Translations under genes and position numbers: made by a program
Shown here: positions 38,530 through 53,300 of the stretch, one piece after another
Numbering within the stretch: the stretch's first letter is position 1
Layout of the letters: every line of letters begins with the position of its first letter
Notes under the pieces: generated by a model
Database searches by the model: none
Seen by the model: the letters and a program-made list of their open reading frames with translations, nothing else
Told to the model about the DNA's origin: nothing
Source of the DNA: Takakia lepidozioides
Taxonomy: Eukaryota; Plantae; Bryophyta
Reading direction: 5' to 3'
DNA length: 64,000 nucleotides
Assembly (NCBI GenBank): GCA_030704615.1
Contig: CM060734.1
Span: 50,220,001 to 50,284,000 of the forward strand

Positions 38530-39546
38530 CAAATCTCAACCTGCGTATCCCAGCATGGAAATGAGTTTGGAAAGATATGTGGGTCAAACACCGTTCGACA
38601 AAAATTAGCACGTTCCTCTGAAAATCGCCAATCGAATCATTCATATGGCTACCAGTTTGCAGAATCGGGATCCTACATGTAAGCTATGCAACTGTGGCAT
38701 GGCAGAAACCATGGAGCATTGTCTCTTCATTTGTCACTTTCCTTCAAGAATTTGACATCTCGTGGCAGACTTTTACTCTGCTTGGAACCCCCTCCCTCCC
38801 TTGTCAGTACCTCTGCTCATGCTTAACCTAAATAGAGATTCGGCTTGGAACAGTTGTCAGTTATGGGCTTGTCTTCGTGCACTTACACTTTGGGCCATTT
38901 GGAAGGGAAGATGCAATTTTCAAAAAAACCACCCGAGTATCAGATCGATTCTAAGCAAACTTTTTTCGGATCTGATGACTAAAGGGCATAAAGCGTGGGC
39001 GTCTTTGCAAAGAGTTGTCAGCAGGTTAGTAAAAGAAAGAGCACGGAGCTTTTCGAGGATTTCGACACCACTTAGGCAAAGACGACATCATCTGCACAAG
39101 GCTCTCTAACTCCATAGTTGAAGGCATGATCAACTCCCCAACGCTTGGCAAATCGCCAGCTGAGTCTGACGCCCTGATATTAATTGGAAACACAGCAAGG
39201 CTCAGAGCTCCAAATCCAAAATGCATCTAGATTTTGGACGCTAGTTCATATATGGGTACTTTAGAGGGTCTGAGTTAATCGTTCCATCCTCTCTGCCTCC
39301 TAATGGTCTTGGCTGCAATCTCCCTATCTTTTAAGCGCTTCTTGGTTCTCTTACGAATCTACAAGGTAGTTAGCTTTTCACCTCCGTCTCGTTTTCGGCA
39401 TCAGCCTCGCCCCCCCCCTCCCCGCCATCCCAAGAGAGTGGGTGTTCCCATGAAATACGCCTTTACGACCTTCTTGGAGGTTATTTTTTCTTCCCTATGT
39501 CTTATTTTCCCCTTATTTAATAAAATTCAACATGACACCAAAAAAT
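38530..39546 (+). mobile_element. 5'-truncated LINE (L1-type) 3' end: zf-RVT domain and 3' UTR
   Basis: W..VW....KISTFL, CKLCNCGMAETMEHCLFIC, LWAIWKGRC; AATAAA followed by a short A tract at ~39519-39545. Confidence 0.75.
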
Positions 39547-39903
39547 GAATAAATAAGTACCCTTATATTTGTAAAGGGGATTTGGGAAGGAACTTAGGAA
39601 AATGAGGATGGGTAGGCCAATCCAGTGATTCCACGGGGGCCAGTTAAAGACACACTGTTAGCAATTTTCTGGAAATTCATTAAGAATATTTAATAAATAT
39701 GATCCAGATTCCATATGATTCTATATTTATGATTTGAACGAAAGACATTTTGTTTGAATGAATTTCATGTGGAAAGGAATGAATGCTGTTTGAGAGCGGC
39801 AAATTGTTTGGATCTGATGAAATCTGTGCCGTTGCAGGGAAAAACGACGCCCACCATCGTCTCTCATTCCTGGCGCTGTGAAGACAGCCCACAGAGTCTC
39901 GCG

Positions 39904-41952
<2,049 letters not shown>

Positions 41953-44756
41953 TGTTCTTGGTCGTCTTGCATTTTGTGATTCGATTGCCTACCCCACATT
42001 TGCTAGCCTACACTGCAAGTGATTCACACCCTCGGGGACTGGTTGAGTGTGTTGTTAGAGCAGCCTTGCAGTTTTGCCCCTGTTGCATGATAGAGGCCAT
42101 TGCAACCTCTTTCTGCTGTTGCCAATTACTCTAGTCTCTCAAGGTTTGATCAAAGCGACGACGAGGCCTATGGTGTATAGTGAAGTTGACTCGTCACTAC
42201 ACCTTATGCGAGTTTTCTTCAAGTTCTGCCAGCAACTGCCTCTCTCCTGTTCTGCTGCATCTCATTAACTTCTTGTGCATGCCACAATTTTTCCTTGTCT
42301 TCCAAAGCTTCTCAGGGTGTGTATCTAACAATGGCTAGACCTCATTTGGGGGTTGATTGCTCTCACAGATGGGGGGATTACACCAGGGGCTAGTCTGCCA
42401 ATTTCCCAGGATGACAGGTGATGCCAATATGGAAGGTCATGACAAAATGCCAAAGTTGACGGCATTTTGGACACTGCTCCAATTCAATCACTGCCACCCA
42501 GTTGTGCACATTTGTGCTGGATTCATGTCCCAGCTGAGCAAATGACGACCATTGCACAGGCATTCCCTCACATCCGATCCCCGCCCTTTCCCAGCATCAG
42601 ATAAATACATGCTTTTTTATGAAGTACGCCCAAGAACAAAAACAAAAACTGACAATTGGAGAAATGCACTGACCGGCACCAGATGATTAGCTTGCCTAAA
42701 TAATATGTGCAAGAGGATAATATGAAACAAACGACTATAGAAAAGCGAAAACAGGAAATACACATCACAGTAAGCACAACAAGACTTAAACAATCAGAAG
42801 GAACTTGTGAGTAAATTAAAGTACATCTAACCCCACGACCACTGAACATCAAGTGGGGAACATCAAGTGGGGGAGGTAGAACCAGAAAACACAGGAGAGC
42901 AGGAGGACTTGAATATCTTAATAGGAAAGAAACACAACAGCAAAAGTATTGATATTTGGACACATTTCAAAGCAATGCGACAAACAACTCCATCCAACAG
43001 ACTCTCTGAGAGCCCTGGCAGGGTTGCATTTTGTGACTGTTACCAAATTAATGGCGAGTCATATGCCAGCTCAGCTCGCTGAATATCCACTCTACGTAAT
43101 GCCTTACTCTTAGTTTTCAGACACAGGAAAGACAAAATTAGAAAATAGACCTGTTTAGCAGTTGGACGAGCTTCCTCCTCTTTCTGCTGACATGCATCTA
43201 TGAAGGACCAGAACTCCCACAAGAAGTGATCAGCAGGGGGTGAAGATGATTGGTCAAACAGAACTTGCATTTAATCGATTCAACTTCTTCACATGCCTTA
43301 TGGAGGATTCCGAGTTATCACTAGAGAGAGCACGTTCTGTGATGAAGAATTTGGGGACCAAGAAACAATAGATATTTGGAATAAGTGGAAAGTACAGAAA
43401 AGGGATCACCACTATATTCCAAATCCGGTTTGGCCTGATGGTTTTTTGTGCAAACACCGTGACATACTCGGGAACTACAGAGATGAAATTTCCCTACTTG
43501 AAAGCATCAGATGACAGGCCCTTTGTTGGTACTATATGGGAATCCACCCATTCCGCACTCCAGCAATGCCAACCCCAGACTCCAAATATTTGCTGGATAC
43601 AAGTAGCACTCATTGGTGATCCTCTCAGGGGACACGTCACCATTCCCATAAACATGGCACACTACAGAAGAAACAACATCAGAAGACAGTCACTACTCTG
43701 CCGCTCAACAGTTAACCATAGAGTTATACAAAGTCTAAGCACTCAAATACTGTGTTGACATAAAACAAGGGTTAGATCTCTCGATGTTCACTGGGAAAAA
43801 GAGGCCAGATGTGAAGAATCAATCAGTTGTTTCATATACACTACTTCTAATCTCCACATAGATATCTTGTGAACTTCAGCCTGCACTTTCCATGCTCCTT
43901 TGCTGACTACCAGCTGACATATATAAAATAGACCAGCCTAATCACCAGCAAGCTATCAATCACTACTCACCATAGCAATGGAGTTGTCAGGACCTTAACT
44001 AATCCCAAAATGTGTGATCTTGGGCTCCCCGTTAAAATTGATAAGCAAGCTGGCTGGCTTGATGTCTCAATGTATTAAAGTAATTCACATTGCGTAGAAA
44101 CACCAATACCTGAAAGCCATGTCGAGCGGCTTTTACTCACCCATCCCTTCGCTATCCGAGGTGGAAACTCCAAGATAGAAGAGTTGGATATCTCTAAGCA
44201 CTCAGCCCACTTAGAACAATCAGTCATGACCTACAGCTAGTGTATCATGGTTGTGCTTCCTGTTCGTATTTCTTCTTGCCTTCATGTTAGCAATTTACCT
44301 TATTGTGTATACTTAAGCATCAGATTGTTTCAGTATCTATCAGGTTCCATTCACGCATCCATTCATTCCACAGCTTCACTCAAGTCTCTCTACACAGTGT
44401 GTGATTGTATCGAATAAGTATCAGATTAAGACTTATCATATATCAGGCCAAAGCCATGGTGTCCCTAGCCTGCTCTACGGTATATCACTACAGCTTTGTA
44501 TGTATCAAGCATCTACTAATCATCTCTCCTCCTCCATCATTGCTTTCGTTCCTGCTCTCCGCCCGATCTCCTCTCGTGAATGACCAAGAAGTGCTCTCCG
44601 TGAAGTGTCTTCTATGATGCTTGCTCTGCCTAATTTATCTACAAGCTGTTCTAACCGCCTAACTAACTAACTGTCACCTAAGAAGTAAACACGTTCCCTC
44701 TACAGATGTCGTTCCTACACAGTCGTTCCCTGCCAATGATAACCGTTCCCTATGTA

Positions 44757-45030
44757 TGTTGTGACGGGCTGTGCCAAGCTGTGTCGACTGTGACTGTGTC
44801 GAGCTGTGACTGGCTGTGTCGGACTGTGTCGGGCTGTGACTGGCTGAGCTGTGTCGAGTTGTGACTAGCTGTGCGATGCTGTGTCGGGCTGTGACTGGCT
44901 GTGCGAAGCTGTGTCGGGCTGTGATTGACTGTGACTAACTGTGATAGGCTGTGATTGACTGTGATTGACTGTGTAAGGCTGCGTCAGGCTGTATAAGACT
45001 GCGTATGGCTGTGATTGACTGTGCAACCTT
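44757..45030. repeat. 10-bp minisatellite (GCTGTG-core) inside the LTR; also at 49505-49640 and 59015-59250
   Basis: GCTGTGTCGG/GCTGTGACTG repeats visible directly. Confidence 0.9.
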
Positions 45031-46367
45031 GTGTACCACCCCCTAAGCATGTGTTGGTCTAAGTCTACCATTGTAATTCTGCGCAAAAATTAAGGGTACC
45101 CCACAGAACCCGTAAAACTGTCTAAGTCCCAGACAACCCTCTAACATTACCCCTCCCCATCTCAAAAAGCCGTGTCCTCACGGTTTACTGTTTAGGATCA
45201 GCAAACCTTTGTGAACGAGTACCCTTTTGTTGGTGAGAGTCCTTTGGAGGGCTCTATGTGCGAGCCCGAGCCCTGTCACTAGCTGATGGAGATAAGTGTT
45301 GACTAGCTGGAAGTGTCGGCCCTGCTTTAGTCTGATAAGAAGGTAAATACTGTGGTATAGGAGATCCCTGTCGTCTTTTCTCCTCCATTGCCAAGTCATA
45401 CTCCTGAGCCATGTCAAAACTGCCCTCCACGGAACCAGTAGTATCAGAATCAGCTTCCCCCCTGTGGTCTTTTGGTGATCTGATCTTCTTGGGTGTCTCA
45501 GGAATCCTGCGTGGCATATAGTGTTGGCCCACCATGTCTGGAAGCTTAAATTGTACTACTTGCATCAATCGCTTGCAAGCAAAATGAGTGTACTCCCTGA
45601 ATTCCTTGTCCGTATAGGTGAGAGGTGTGCCAATGACTCCGGAACAGTGTAAGTATTTCCAGGCTTCATGTCCCTTATAAAAAATATCGTCAGGGCCCAA
45701 TTTTTCTAGTTGTTCCAAGCCAATTAAACCATGAACGAAGTTGGGAATCCTTTTGCAACATGACTTTCGCATCATACAGATACATATGGGGTGGAACTGA
45801 AGGTAAGACCCAATGATCCCCACTGGAATAACTCAGAAATCTTGACTGCATCTTCTGCTGCTCAATGTGATAACGTGCAATGAAACAAGCAGCATAGTAC
45901 AATCCACAGCCTATGACCAAACTAGATACCTCATTGGTCTTGGTGTAGATGTACCCATGAACAACCTGGAAGGCAATTAATTCCTTCAACATGGTGCCTG
46001 CCTCAGACCAGTACCTTGCAAAATGATGATCCTCAATGGGTCGATTGTTCGGAAGAACCTTAGTCCGAGTTGCCACTAGCAACCAAATGCGCATGATCTG
46101 GTAATAATGTGTCAAAGACTGTGGAGGACTGAATTCCTTCCAAGCCAAATCCATCACAATGGGAATTTGGTTGAAGGGCATTATCATAGCCCGATTGTAC
46201 TCAAGTGCAGCAGGAGTCCTAGGTGGGTTAAAAGCAGCATCCCCCCAAACCTCAGACTATGGCATTGCCATGGTATCAACAGTGTCAGCCACCTGCACAG
46301 CCACCTGCTGTGGGGGCTGTGATATTGCCGCCATTGTCCCTCCTATTGCTGGTAACTCCTGCACCTC

Positions 46368-47553
46368 CTATGATGAAGACTGAAAAATCAGAGTCCTGGC
46401 ATGCAAATAAGTAGCCACCAGCTGCTCCTCAGGAACAAAGACTCTTTTGTCAATGTTGGAACTCAAGTCATCCACTTGAGTCTGCAGCCCTTCCACATCA
46501 TCCTGTAACTCCGCTATTCTACTATAGACATTGTCTATAGTAGTTGTGGCAATGTTCTGCACCTGCAACCTGAGATCATTCATCTCCCCCTGGGTGAGCT
46601 TTCTTGGTGTCTTCCCTTCCACCGGCCCTTGTGTTATCCATACTTGCATAAGATGATTATCCACCAAGTCCTGTGTAGCACCCCTGGGAGTCTGCACCTC
46701 CTTGAGTCTGTACATATCTAACTGTTGTTGTAAAGCCTGCATGCGCTTCGCATGAGGTTCAACCAGGGCTGCATAGGTAGCAGTTAGATTATTGGCTTCC
46801 TTCCAAGCCTTGTTAGCCACAGAGAGTTCATTCTTTTGGCCCATTAGTGTTTGCTGCAACTCCAGGATGTACATTTCATTTTTAGCCTCAATCCGACTGT
46901 ATTGTTGGAAGGTATCCTCATTGCGACGAATAGTAGCCTTCAATTCAGCAATGAGTTTCCTTTGCTCCACTATCTCAGCCTCCACCATCATACACCTCTC
47001 CGCTTGTCTGTTAACTTCTAATGCAGTTTGCTCCAGATCAGTTGTTAAAGTAGCACATTGGATGGTCATTTTCTGATGAACTGCCTCCAACTCTGTGTGA
47101 AGCACCTTCACTTCCTACTTTGCTCTCATGCTTCACCTGCAACTGGTATTGCTGTTGCTTATGTACTTCATGCAACTTCCCCTGCTCCAGACCTGCTTCA
47201 ATCATATTCCCCTTTGCGAGCTGCAAGGCAGCCTTCGTGTCCTCCAACTATTTCTGCAACTTAAGATTGGCCTCCACATCCACCTTATTTGCACACTCAG
47301 TGGCAATTCTTGCCTCGAATTCTTGCTTGAGCTCCTCCCTCAAAGCTGCCAATTGTGTGGATGGAACATGGGATTTCACATAAGTGCCCAACAAATTGAG
47401 TGTCCTGCTTATGGAACTCATAAGCATGGCCTGTTGTGGGTCTTCATGGGAAACTTGTTGATGGTCCCCCTGATTCTCCACAGTGTGATGTTTCACCAAC
47501 CATTCAGGCCATGTTCCCACAAGATCTTCTTCTTCAACGACCTCATTCTCCAC
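46368..47553 (-). pseudogene. Long coiled-coil extra ORF of element A, interrupted
   Basis: Heptad-like E/Q/L/K-rich ORFs 47248-47553, 47038-47247 and 46368-47111. Confidence 0.5.
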
Positions 47554-48053
47554 AGGTGCTGCAGTGCCTTACATTCTACCCCTGGAACCTCCTTCACAGG
47601 TTCGAGCATGACATGCACAACGGGGATTTCCTTGGTCAAACTCTACATCTTTGGTACTACTGGTTCTCCAACCATGCCAGAGTTCTCATAGAGAAGGTCA
47701 CCCTTCTCAATGTCTGCCACTACCTGCTCTGTAGTGGGAATGTCCAACCCTTCTCCTTCCACAGCATTAGGCTCTGGTGTGACAACATGCACAATGTGAG
47801 TTACCCCTGGGGCAACCGAGTCAATTGGCTGTGGCGGCTATGGCACCGAAGTGACTTCTTCCTCCCTCTCCAAAGGCCGTGTTTCCAGCAATAACAACTC
47901 CTTGTGCTGCTCCTCCTCATCCTGCACAAGCGTTATGGAAACATCATCTTGTGGTTTCCTTGTAGCTAGTGGATCTGCCACTATGGTCGTATCCCGCTTC
48001 TGCCTCTTAGACTGGTGCTGCCCCTCCAATCCTCCTTCACCATGTGAAGAGCC

Positions 48054-49439
48054 TTACTTCTCAATTGCACTGGTTACTGTCTCAAACACTCCCATCTCCT
48101 TGCGTTCACGCGCATCAAGCAAACAAGAGTCAAGAATAATTTGAGCAATTATGGGGCCAGACACAATGATTAGAGACTTAGCAGCAGTGCCTTGTAACCG
48201 CTTCATCTCTTCCACTAGACCATTGTACATCAACTCCGCCCAAGCTACATCCTCTCCCCTCAAGGCTTTCAGTATCTCCTCCGTGAATGATCTGCTAAGG
48301 TACTGTTGGTTTTGCTTCATGGCAAACAGAACGTTCAGTATTTGGCCAACTTCCCTTAACCCTGGGTACTCGGCCTTGGTGCAAGTGTATCCTTGAGTCG
48401 TAAAGAAACTCGTTTCTTGGAACAAATTCCCTATTTGCAATCTTGCCCTGTGTTCATCCACATTCACATGCCCAGATGGCAATTCAAACAGTTGCTGCAA
48501 GTACTGGGGAGTAATTTCTATATCTACTCCCCTCACCTGTGTAACTCCTGTCCGGGGCTCAAAGTTCTGAATGAATTGAATCATGTACTTCCGATATTGC
48601 AAGGACCATTCCTTGCGTAGCAGCCCTTCCAATCGCAACTCCTTCAGCAGCTGCACTGCCTGTGGTGTAGCAATTGTTTGCTTCTGCAGAATCGTGGTGC
48701 TCTTCACCCTGATATCCTCCATTCCCCTAATTCTCTTCATCCCAGACAAACAAGAAGGCCTTGTTTGAAATAGCTGTAGGAAAGCAGGGCATAGAGCATA
48801 AAGGTATGGTTGGCACAGAAAGAAACAAGTAAGTGCGTGTAAGCCTGTAGGGGCTTGCAGATAGTGGGTGAGAGAGAATGTCCTTTCAACCCGTCCGTCC
48901 TTGCGCCACTGCGTGAGAAGTAGAGCTAGCGTATAGTCTGTAATATCCACCATAGCTACAAAGCTATAGCTTTGATTGCCCCTCACGTCGAAACGTTGGT
49001 TATTCGGAGCCACCCCGACTCTTCCGCTTATAATTCTTCTAATTTCTTGTTCTTGTTTCTTGGAGGGAACCACATACATGAAATTCTCGTTTCTGATTGG
49101 CTGTTGCCTCCTCGGGTAACTTCTGAATTTTACCCCCGTTTGCTCACATTTCCACCTGGAATGCCCACTAGGACAACACATGTGGCAAAGGTTCGCCTTT
49201 GCTGTACACGTAAAGGGTTCCGATACCTTTTTCCTGGATGCATCAATGGGCCCACAATTAATTTTGGCTGTTGTACCGGGTAGGTACTTCGACGGCCCAG
49301 TTTGTCTTTTTGCATGATAACACCCGCTTTTGCAGTACAGGCAAAGCGGAGTGCTTTGCCCCTTAGGCCACGTGTTCGAATTCGAACATCTTCCGTCGCC
49401 CTCTCTCCGCGTGGCTTTTTCTCCGAGTTTGACTCCCAA
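48054..49439 (-). CDS. Extra ORF of element A (plant-transposon-protein-like C-half; Cys/His motifs in N-half)
   Basis: QVRGVDIEITPQYLQQLFELP resembles Athila/Tat accessory proteins; CHMCCPSGHSRWKC is knuckle-like. Confidence 0.5.
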   Translation of the reverse strand: MGVKLGEKATRREGDGRCSNSNTWPKGQSTPLCLYCKSGCYHAKRQTGPSKYLPGTTAKINCGPIDASRKKVSEPFTCTAKANLCHMCCPSGHSRWKCEQTGVKFRSYPRRQQPIRNENFMYVVPSKKQEQEIRRIISGRVGVAPNNQRFDVRGNQSYSFVAMVDITDYTLALLLTQWRKDGRVERTFSLTHYLQAPTGLHALTCFFLCQPYLYALCPAFLQLFQTRPSCLSGMKRIRGMEDIRVKSTTILQKQTIATPQAVQLLKELRLEGLLRKEWSLQYRKYMIQFIQNFEPRTGVTQVRGVDIEITPQYLQQLFELPSGHVNVDEHRARLQIGNLFQETSFFTTQGYTCTKAEYPGLREVGQILNVLFAMKQNQQYLSRSFTEEILKALRGEDVAWAELMYNGLVEEMKRLQGTAAKSLIIVSGPIIAQIILDSCLLDARERKEMGVFETVTSAIEK

Positions 49440-50370
49440 GCGACCTTACACTTACCGGCCACTTTTCTGACGTTAACCTGCGTCCACCTGTCACTGATCT
49501 TATGGACTGTGCAACCCGCATGGGCTGTGTTGGGCTGTGACAGGCTGTGTCAAACTGTGACGAGCTGTGATAGGCTGTGTGATGCTGTGATGGGCTGTGA
49601 TAAACTGTGTCATACTGTGGTGGCCTGTGATGACTGTGTGAACACCCGTGTTCTATGCTCAGGCCATACACATTCGGCTTTACGATAAGTGCCTCATGCT
49701 CTGCTGATATTACCGGTGTAGTCCGTGACTGCTTCTGTGTTTCAATATGCAAATCATGCTGCAATGGTTTATCATGGATACCACTGTATCCCTTTAACTT
49801 ATTGACATTAACTCTTCCAAACATCTCTTTGTTAATGGTTTGTAACATGGCTGTGTTGTTATCATACATCTTCTGTATGACACAAGGTCCTTTCCATGGT
49901 GACTTAAGCTTAGAAACTTTAATCTTTCCCTTCTTCTGCAACCACAGTACCAAATCACCTGCCTGAAAAGTTTTTAATTTACCTTCATCAAATTGATCCT
50001 TCATCTTCATCTGAATTCTGGTCATGTTATCTGCTGCATCAGCACCTACTTCTTCCACACGATATAATTCATGTTTCCTGACTTTAATTGAATCCTCCAA
50101 TTCCATTCTCCTTCCCCATTCAGTTCTCATGGTAGGTAACCAGAATTCGGGGGCTGCTATTTCATGAGCGGCATGAGCATGAGCGGAAAAAAAAAAAACA
50201 TGAGCGGACCATTGTGTGTCCACGGAAATAGGGTTAGGAGGCACAGAACTAGGATCATAAATTGGCACCAGTTGACTTGTCATAGCAATGAAATGCAACA
50301 TTTTATTGCAAATTTTGTGGCAAGCCACATCTATACAAGTGTATCCTAACTGTCATAGCTGGAATGGGCA

Positions 50371-53300
50371 CTACTCTCCTACACCCTCCGAGGAACTTGC
50401 CCCACCTTCCTCCTCATCCCCCTCATCCCCCCCATCCTCTGAGCTATGAGATGCATCAGTTCCACCATGCCTCTCAAAAATACCGTCCTCTCTTTGGGGG
50501 ACTGTCCACCTCACCTCCTGGGAATCTTCTGCCTCTTCTCCCCCACTTTCCTCAGCAGAATCCAAGACAAATCTACGAGCCTGACGGACTCTTATAGCTG
50601 CTGCCTCCTCCCTCATCTTCATTTTCTTGAGGTTGGCCCCGTCTAAAATCTGTTGTACACGACTAGGTTCGGAAGACCTCCTAATGGACACCGAAGCAAG
50701 CCGGGCAGCATAAGTAGGAAGGATGTAGTCCCTTTCTGGACTCGGCATGAAATCCCCCCTGGAAAAAAAAAGCACGTTCCTCCTGCCCATAAACTGCGAT
50801 GTAGACGTCCCTCCTGCAGTACTTGGCATCCTACAGTAAGAACAAATCCACTTCAAGAATGTCAATACCAGCAGAAGCACAAAGGGTCTTTCAATGAAAT
50901 AAGAGAGCGAAGGGAGGTGCCTCATGAAATCAGGAGGCAACTTACAATGCGACCACTCACTCATAAACCGGGGGCTCCTCGGCCTCGATCCCAACTTGTA
51001 CCTCCCCCTGCTCCTTGTCGGATTCTTCCTCATCCTCCGAGGATGCCTCTTCCACTTTTGGCAGACGTTCAGCCGCTGCAAGTTCGGAGTTGTGGAGGGC
51101 AATATCTGGCTCGAAGGCGAAGACATGCCTGTCGGACAACGTCCCTGCCCACATTGAAGCACCTGATGGACAAAGCGGGTAGTTAGTAGCATGCGGCATG
51201 CAATTGCAATCGGGCCAGGGAACAAACTGTGCACGTGAAGGCTTACCCGTGCCGCATGTGAGGTCAAGAATCCGCCCTTGGACATCCGAGCATGTCTCCA
51301 TGAGGGTTTGGATGAAAGCAAGGCTCCGGGTCCGGCTGTACCGCCACGATTTGTCTGTCTTTGTGTCCTTCGGCATACTGGAGTGGGGCACATAGTTGTA
51401 GAGGACATCGTAGGTAACAGGGTCCACAGCGGCATCAACAAGACGACCGTCGTTGCGGAATTTGAACGTAGACCCTCTCTTCACAAAACAATATGCCTCA
51501 AACACCAATGTCTGCACATCCAACAAAAGAGGGATCAACTCTAGGGTCTAGTTCAGATACACCACAATATGAAGTGAATGCAATAGATTGATAACTTACA
51601 CTCTGGCCCTCTGTTCGCAATCCCTGCGTATTGATGCAGAACCAGTTTTTGAGGAGGACCGGGGTGACACTTTTTGGTGTCCACCTTGCCACAACATTGT
51701 CTATGGTCTTCCCTCTTGTGGCAAGGACCACAATACATCCACCGTCATCCAAGAGCATCCCCGCCAGCCCAAACCCGACTCTCCAGTAGTCCTCAGTAAA
51801 CCTGTTCCAGGTGGGCACACCATCCAGGCCCTCCAGCAGCTCCCCATCTGGAATATCGAGGAGAATCATATCGCAGGCTCTCTCCACCTCACCCCCCCCC
51901 CCCCCCCCCCCCCCCGAGTGCTCTTACAATCTGTGCTCACAGCCGTGAAGAATTCCATCATGGATTCGAAACCAGGGGTGTCTTTAGGCTCTGTACTGGG
52001 AGCCCTCTTCTTGGCTTTCCCCTTCAGCTCCTCCACAGACTTGTTGTGTGCCACCTTCTTCGCCCTGGCAGCTAGAGCGTCAATGAAGCTCTCATTGACA
52101 CATTGGATGATGGTTGGGGGTTCTAGCTTTGGCCTCTGCGGAAACGTCACCGCCAAATACCGCCGTGTAGGCTCGCCCTCAAATGCCAACTTCTTGGCAG
52201 AGCCAGTCCCAGTCCGAACTGACTTGGGAACCCAGACGACCGGTGACTTGGTACCAGCAGCAGCAGTCGCAGGACCTTGCACAAAGTCGTCGTCGGAGTC
52301 ACTCCCTTGGGGCCCCTCTTGCGCCTCCTCTGGTGCCCCGGTGGTTTTCTGTTTTTTGGGGGTTACTGTACTCCCCTGTTTCCGTGTCCTTTACTTTTGA
52401 CCTTTATTCTTCTCATTCAATTTCTCCTGAATACCTGCCTGAGCAAGCTCTGCCGCTTTCCTGGACTTGGCAAACGCTTTCACCTCCTTTGGACCCAGCG
52501 GAGGCAGCGGAGCCCGGTTTTGTCGGGCCTTCGCATCCAGCTTCAATTGAAACTCGGATGAGTCGAGCGAGTCGAGCGGAAGGTCCACATACCAAGGGCA
52601 GTCACGCAAATGTTCCAGATGCCACTCCTTCACGATAACGTCAGTGTACATGGAGTCAGCCCCGGGTTCCTCCATGCGAGGAAGAATGGGCGGCTCGAAG
52701 GACAGATGACCTTTCTCCAAAAGGGAGAACTTGCAGTACCTGCATTCAAGAAACACACACAGAATGAGGTCCCGGGAACAAGGTAAATTATAGGGAATGA
52801 AACTGCAAAATAGATGCGAAAAATGGCGCCGAATTTCCAGTTTCGGTGCCAGCCACCCCAGGGACTGAGCCATTTTCGGGGCCCTGAACTGGAAATTCAG
52901 CGCCATTTTCCCAGGTTGGGGCTGAAAATGGCTAAGTCCCAGAACTGACTGGGCCCGGAACTGGAAAAATGGCGCCGAATTTCCAGTTTCCGTGCCAGCC
53001 ACCCCAGGGACTTAGCCATTCTCAGGGCCCTGAAGTGGAAATTCGGCGCCATTTTCCCAGGTTGGGGCCGAAAATGCTAAGTCCCAGAACTGACTGGGCC
53101 CGGAACTGGAAAAATGGCGCCGAATTTCCAGTTTCGGTGCCAGACACCCCAATGACTTAGCCATTTTCGGGGCCCTGAACTGGAAATGCGGCGCCATTTT
53201 CCCAGGTTGGGGCCGAGAATGGCTAAGTCCCAGATCTGATTGGGCTTGCAACTGGAAAAATGGCGCCGAATTTCCAGACAGTGCCAGCCACCCCTTGGAT

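Larger units (their letters stand above)
44120..50148 (-). mobile_element. Tat/Ogre-like Ty3/Gypsy element A, 3' part: integrase C-terminus, ~4.5-kb extra-ORF region, PPT and 3' LTR (44120-45146)
   Basis: FQAGDLVL...KLKSPWKGP...VNVNKLKGY; PPT GGGGAGGGG at ~45150-45158; LTR TGTTAG...CTCGACA homologous to 58896-59872. Confidence 0.88.

Noticed and set aside
42560-44110. Short ORFs between ADK and element A
   Set aside because: No recognisable domain or consistent splice structure.
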